A stretch of 6,681 nucleotides of DNA from NCBI GenBank assembly GCA_003144275.1, contig NJBF01000091.1, positions 1 to 6,681 on the forward strand, given 5' to 3'. Both the position numbers and the translations under genes were made by a program. The DNA comes from Candidatus Heimdallarchaeota archaeon B3_Heim. Lineage in GTDB: Archaea; Asgardarchaeota; Heimdallarchaeia; Hodarchaeales; Hodarchaeaceae. Under the pieces are notes generated by a model. That model was not told the DNA's origin. It was given only the letters and a program-made list of their open reading frames with translations, and made no database searches. Below are positions 6,317-6,681 of this stretch, in pieces (the first letter of the stretch is position 1; each line of letters opens with the position of its first letter).

Positions 6317-6449
6317 AAATTCCAAAACACAAAACACAAATATCAAATAAGTTCCAATTCCGAAATTCAAAACTCCAAACAAATGTTTGATAATTTGGTA
6401 ATTGATTATTGTTTTTTATTTGTTATTTATCTTTTGTCATTTGGGATTT
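6317..6449. repeat. Mirrored degenerate heptamer array (A/C-rich arm, then T/G-rich arm)
   Basis: Left arm: AAATTCC AAAACAC AAAACAC AAATATC AAATAAG TTCC AATTCCG AAATTCA AAACTCC AAACA. Right arm reverse-complemented: AAATCCC AAATGAC AAAAGAT AAATAAC AAATAAA AAAC AATAATC AATTACC AAATTATC AAACA. The centre is at 6382-6383. Confidence 0.8.
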
Positions 6450-6485
6450 TCTGTCAAAAAATTCAAGAAAGTTAATAATAAGACA

Positions 6486-6582
6486 CTATTTTTTTTCCAA
6501 GACTTCGCTTGTAAAAAAAGCCCTTCGGGGAAAATATAATATGGAATAATTAACAAAAAACGAAGTCTTGGAAAAAAAATAG
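6486..6582. repeat. 97-bp element with a perfect 22-bp inverted repeat (possible miniature mobile element)
   Basis: CTATTTTTTTTCCAAGACTTCG (6486-6507) and CGAAGTCTTGGAAAAAAAATAG (6561-6582) are exact reverse complements. The 53-bp interior contains CCC-TTCG-GGG. Confidence 0.85.
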
Positions 6583-6640
6583 AAATTTCAAAATCCAAAA
6601 ATCAAAATCCCAAATAAATCCCAATTAAAGAAATCCCAAA
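6583..6640 (+). repeat. Second A/C-rich heptamer tract, with no mirror arm inside the window
   Basis: AAATTTC AAATCCA AAAAATC, then AAATCCC three times (6605, 6616, 6631). One G in 58 nt. Confidence 0.75.
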
Positions 6641-6653
6641 ATGAATAATAAAT

Positions 6654-6661
6654 TAATTTTG
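6654..6661 (+). promoter_or_regulatory. Possible Bacteroidota -7 box for a gene beyond the window
   Basis: TAATTTTG fits TAnnTTTG. No -33 element is seen and the context is AT-rich, so a chance match is plausible. Confidence 0.25.
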
Positions 6662-6681
6662 TTGCATGAAACACAAAGATA

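Noticed and set aside
6513-6534. Minus-strand terminator CCC-CGAA-GGG-C-T7
   Set aside because: A 3-bp stem is too short, and no convergent gene is visible in the window.
6641-6681. Calling a CDS at the right edge
   Set aside because: Only 13 or 5 codons are visible in two competing frames, and the candidate -7 box at 6654-6661 conflicts with both; kept only as a prediction.

Overview
Bacteroidota-like DNA (inferred from the gene content, no Shine-Dalgarno motifs and TAnnTTTG-type promoter boxes). From left to right: (1) the last 12 codons of a probable MFS sugar porter; (2) a 1444-bp IS4-family element on the minus strand, whose otherwise intact DDE transposase has one in-frame TAG that removes a 47-aa tail with a QLSLF beta-clamp motif; (3) 18 bp away, a 308-bp MITE-like relic of a sibling IS4 element that keeps both ends and only the transposase C-terminus (ending QLKLFDL); (4) a 1419-aa fusion of a GT3 glycogen synthase and a GT35 alpha-glucan phosphorylase; (5) about 500 bp of intergenic DNA holding several unrelated palindromic elements. 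These include a strand-asymmetric, period-7 mirrored array, and a second half-array that opens toward the window edge. The other ORFs in the track look like shadow ORFs. All family assignments come from motif recognition; no database search was run.
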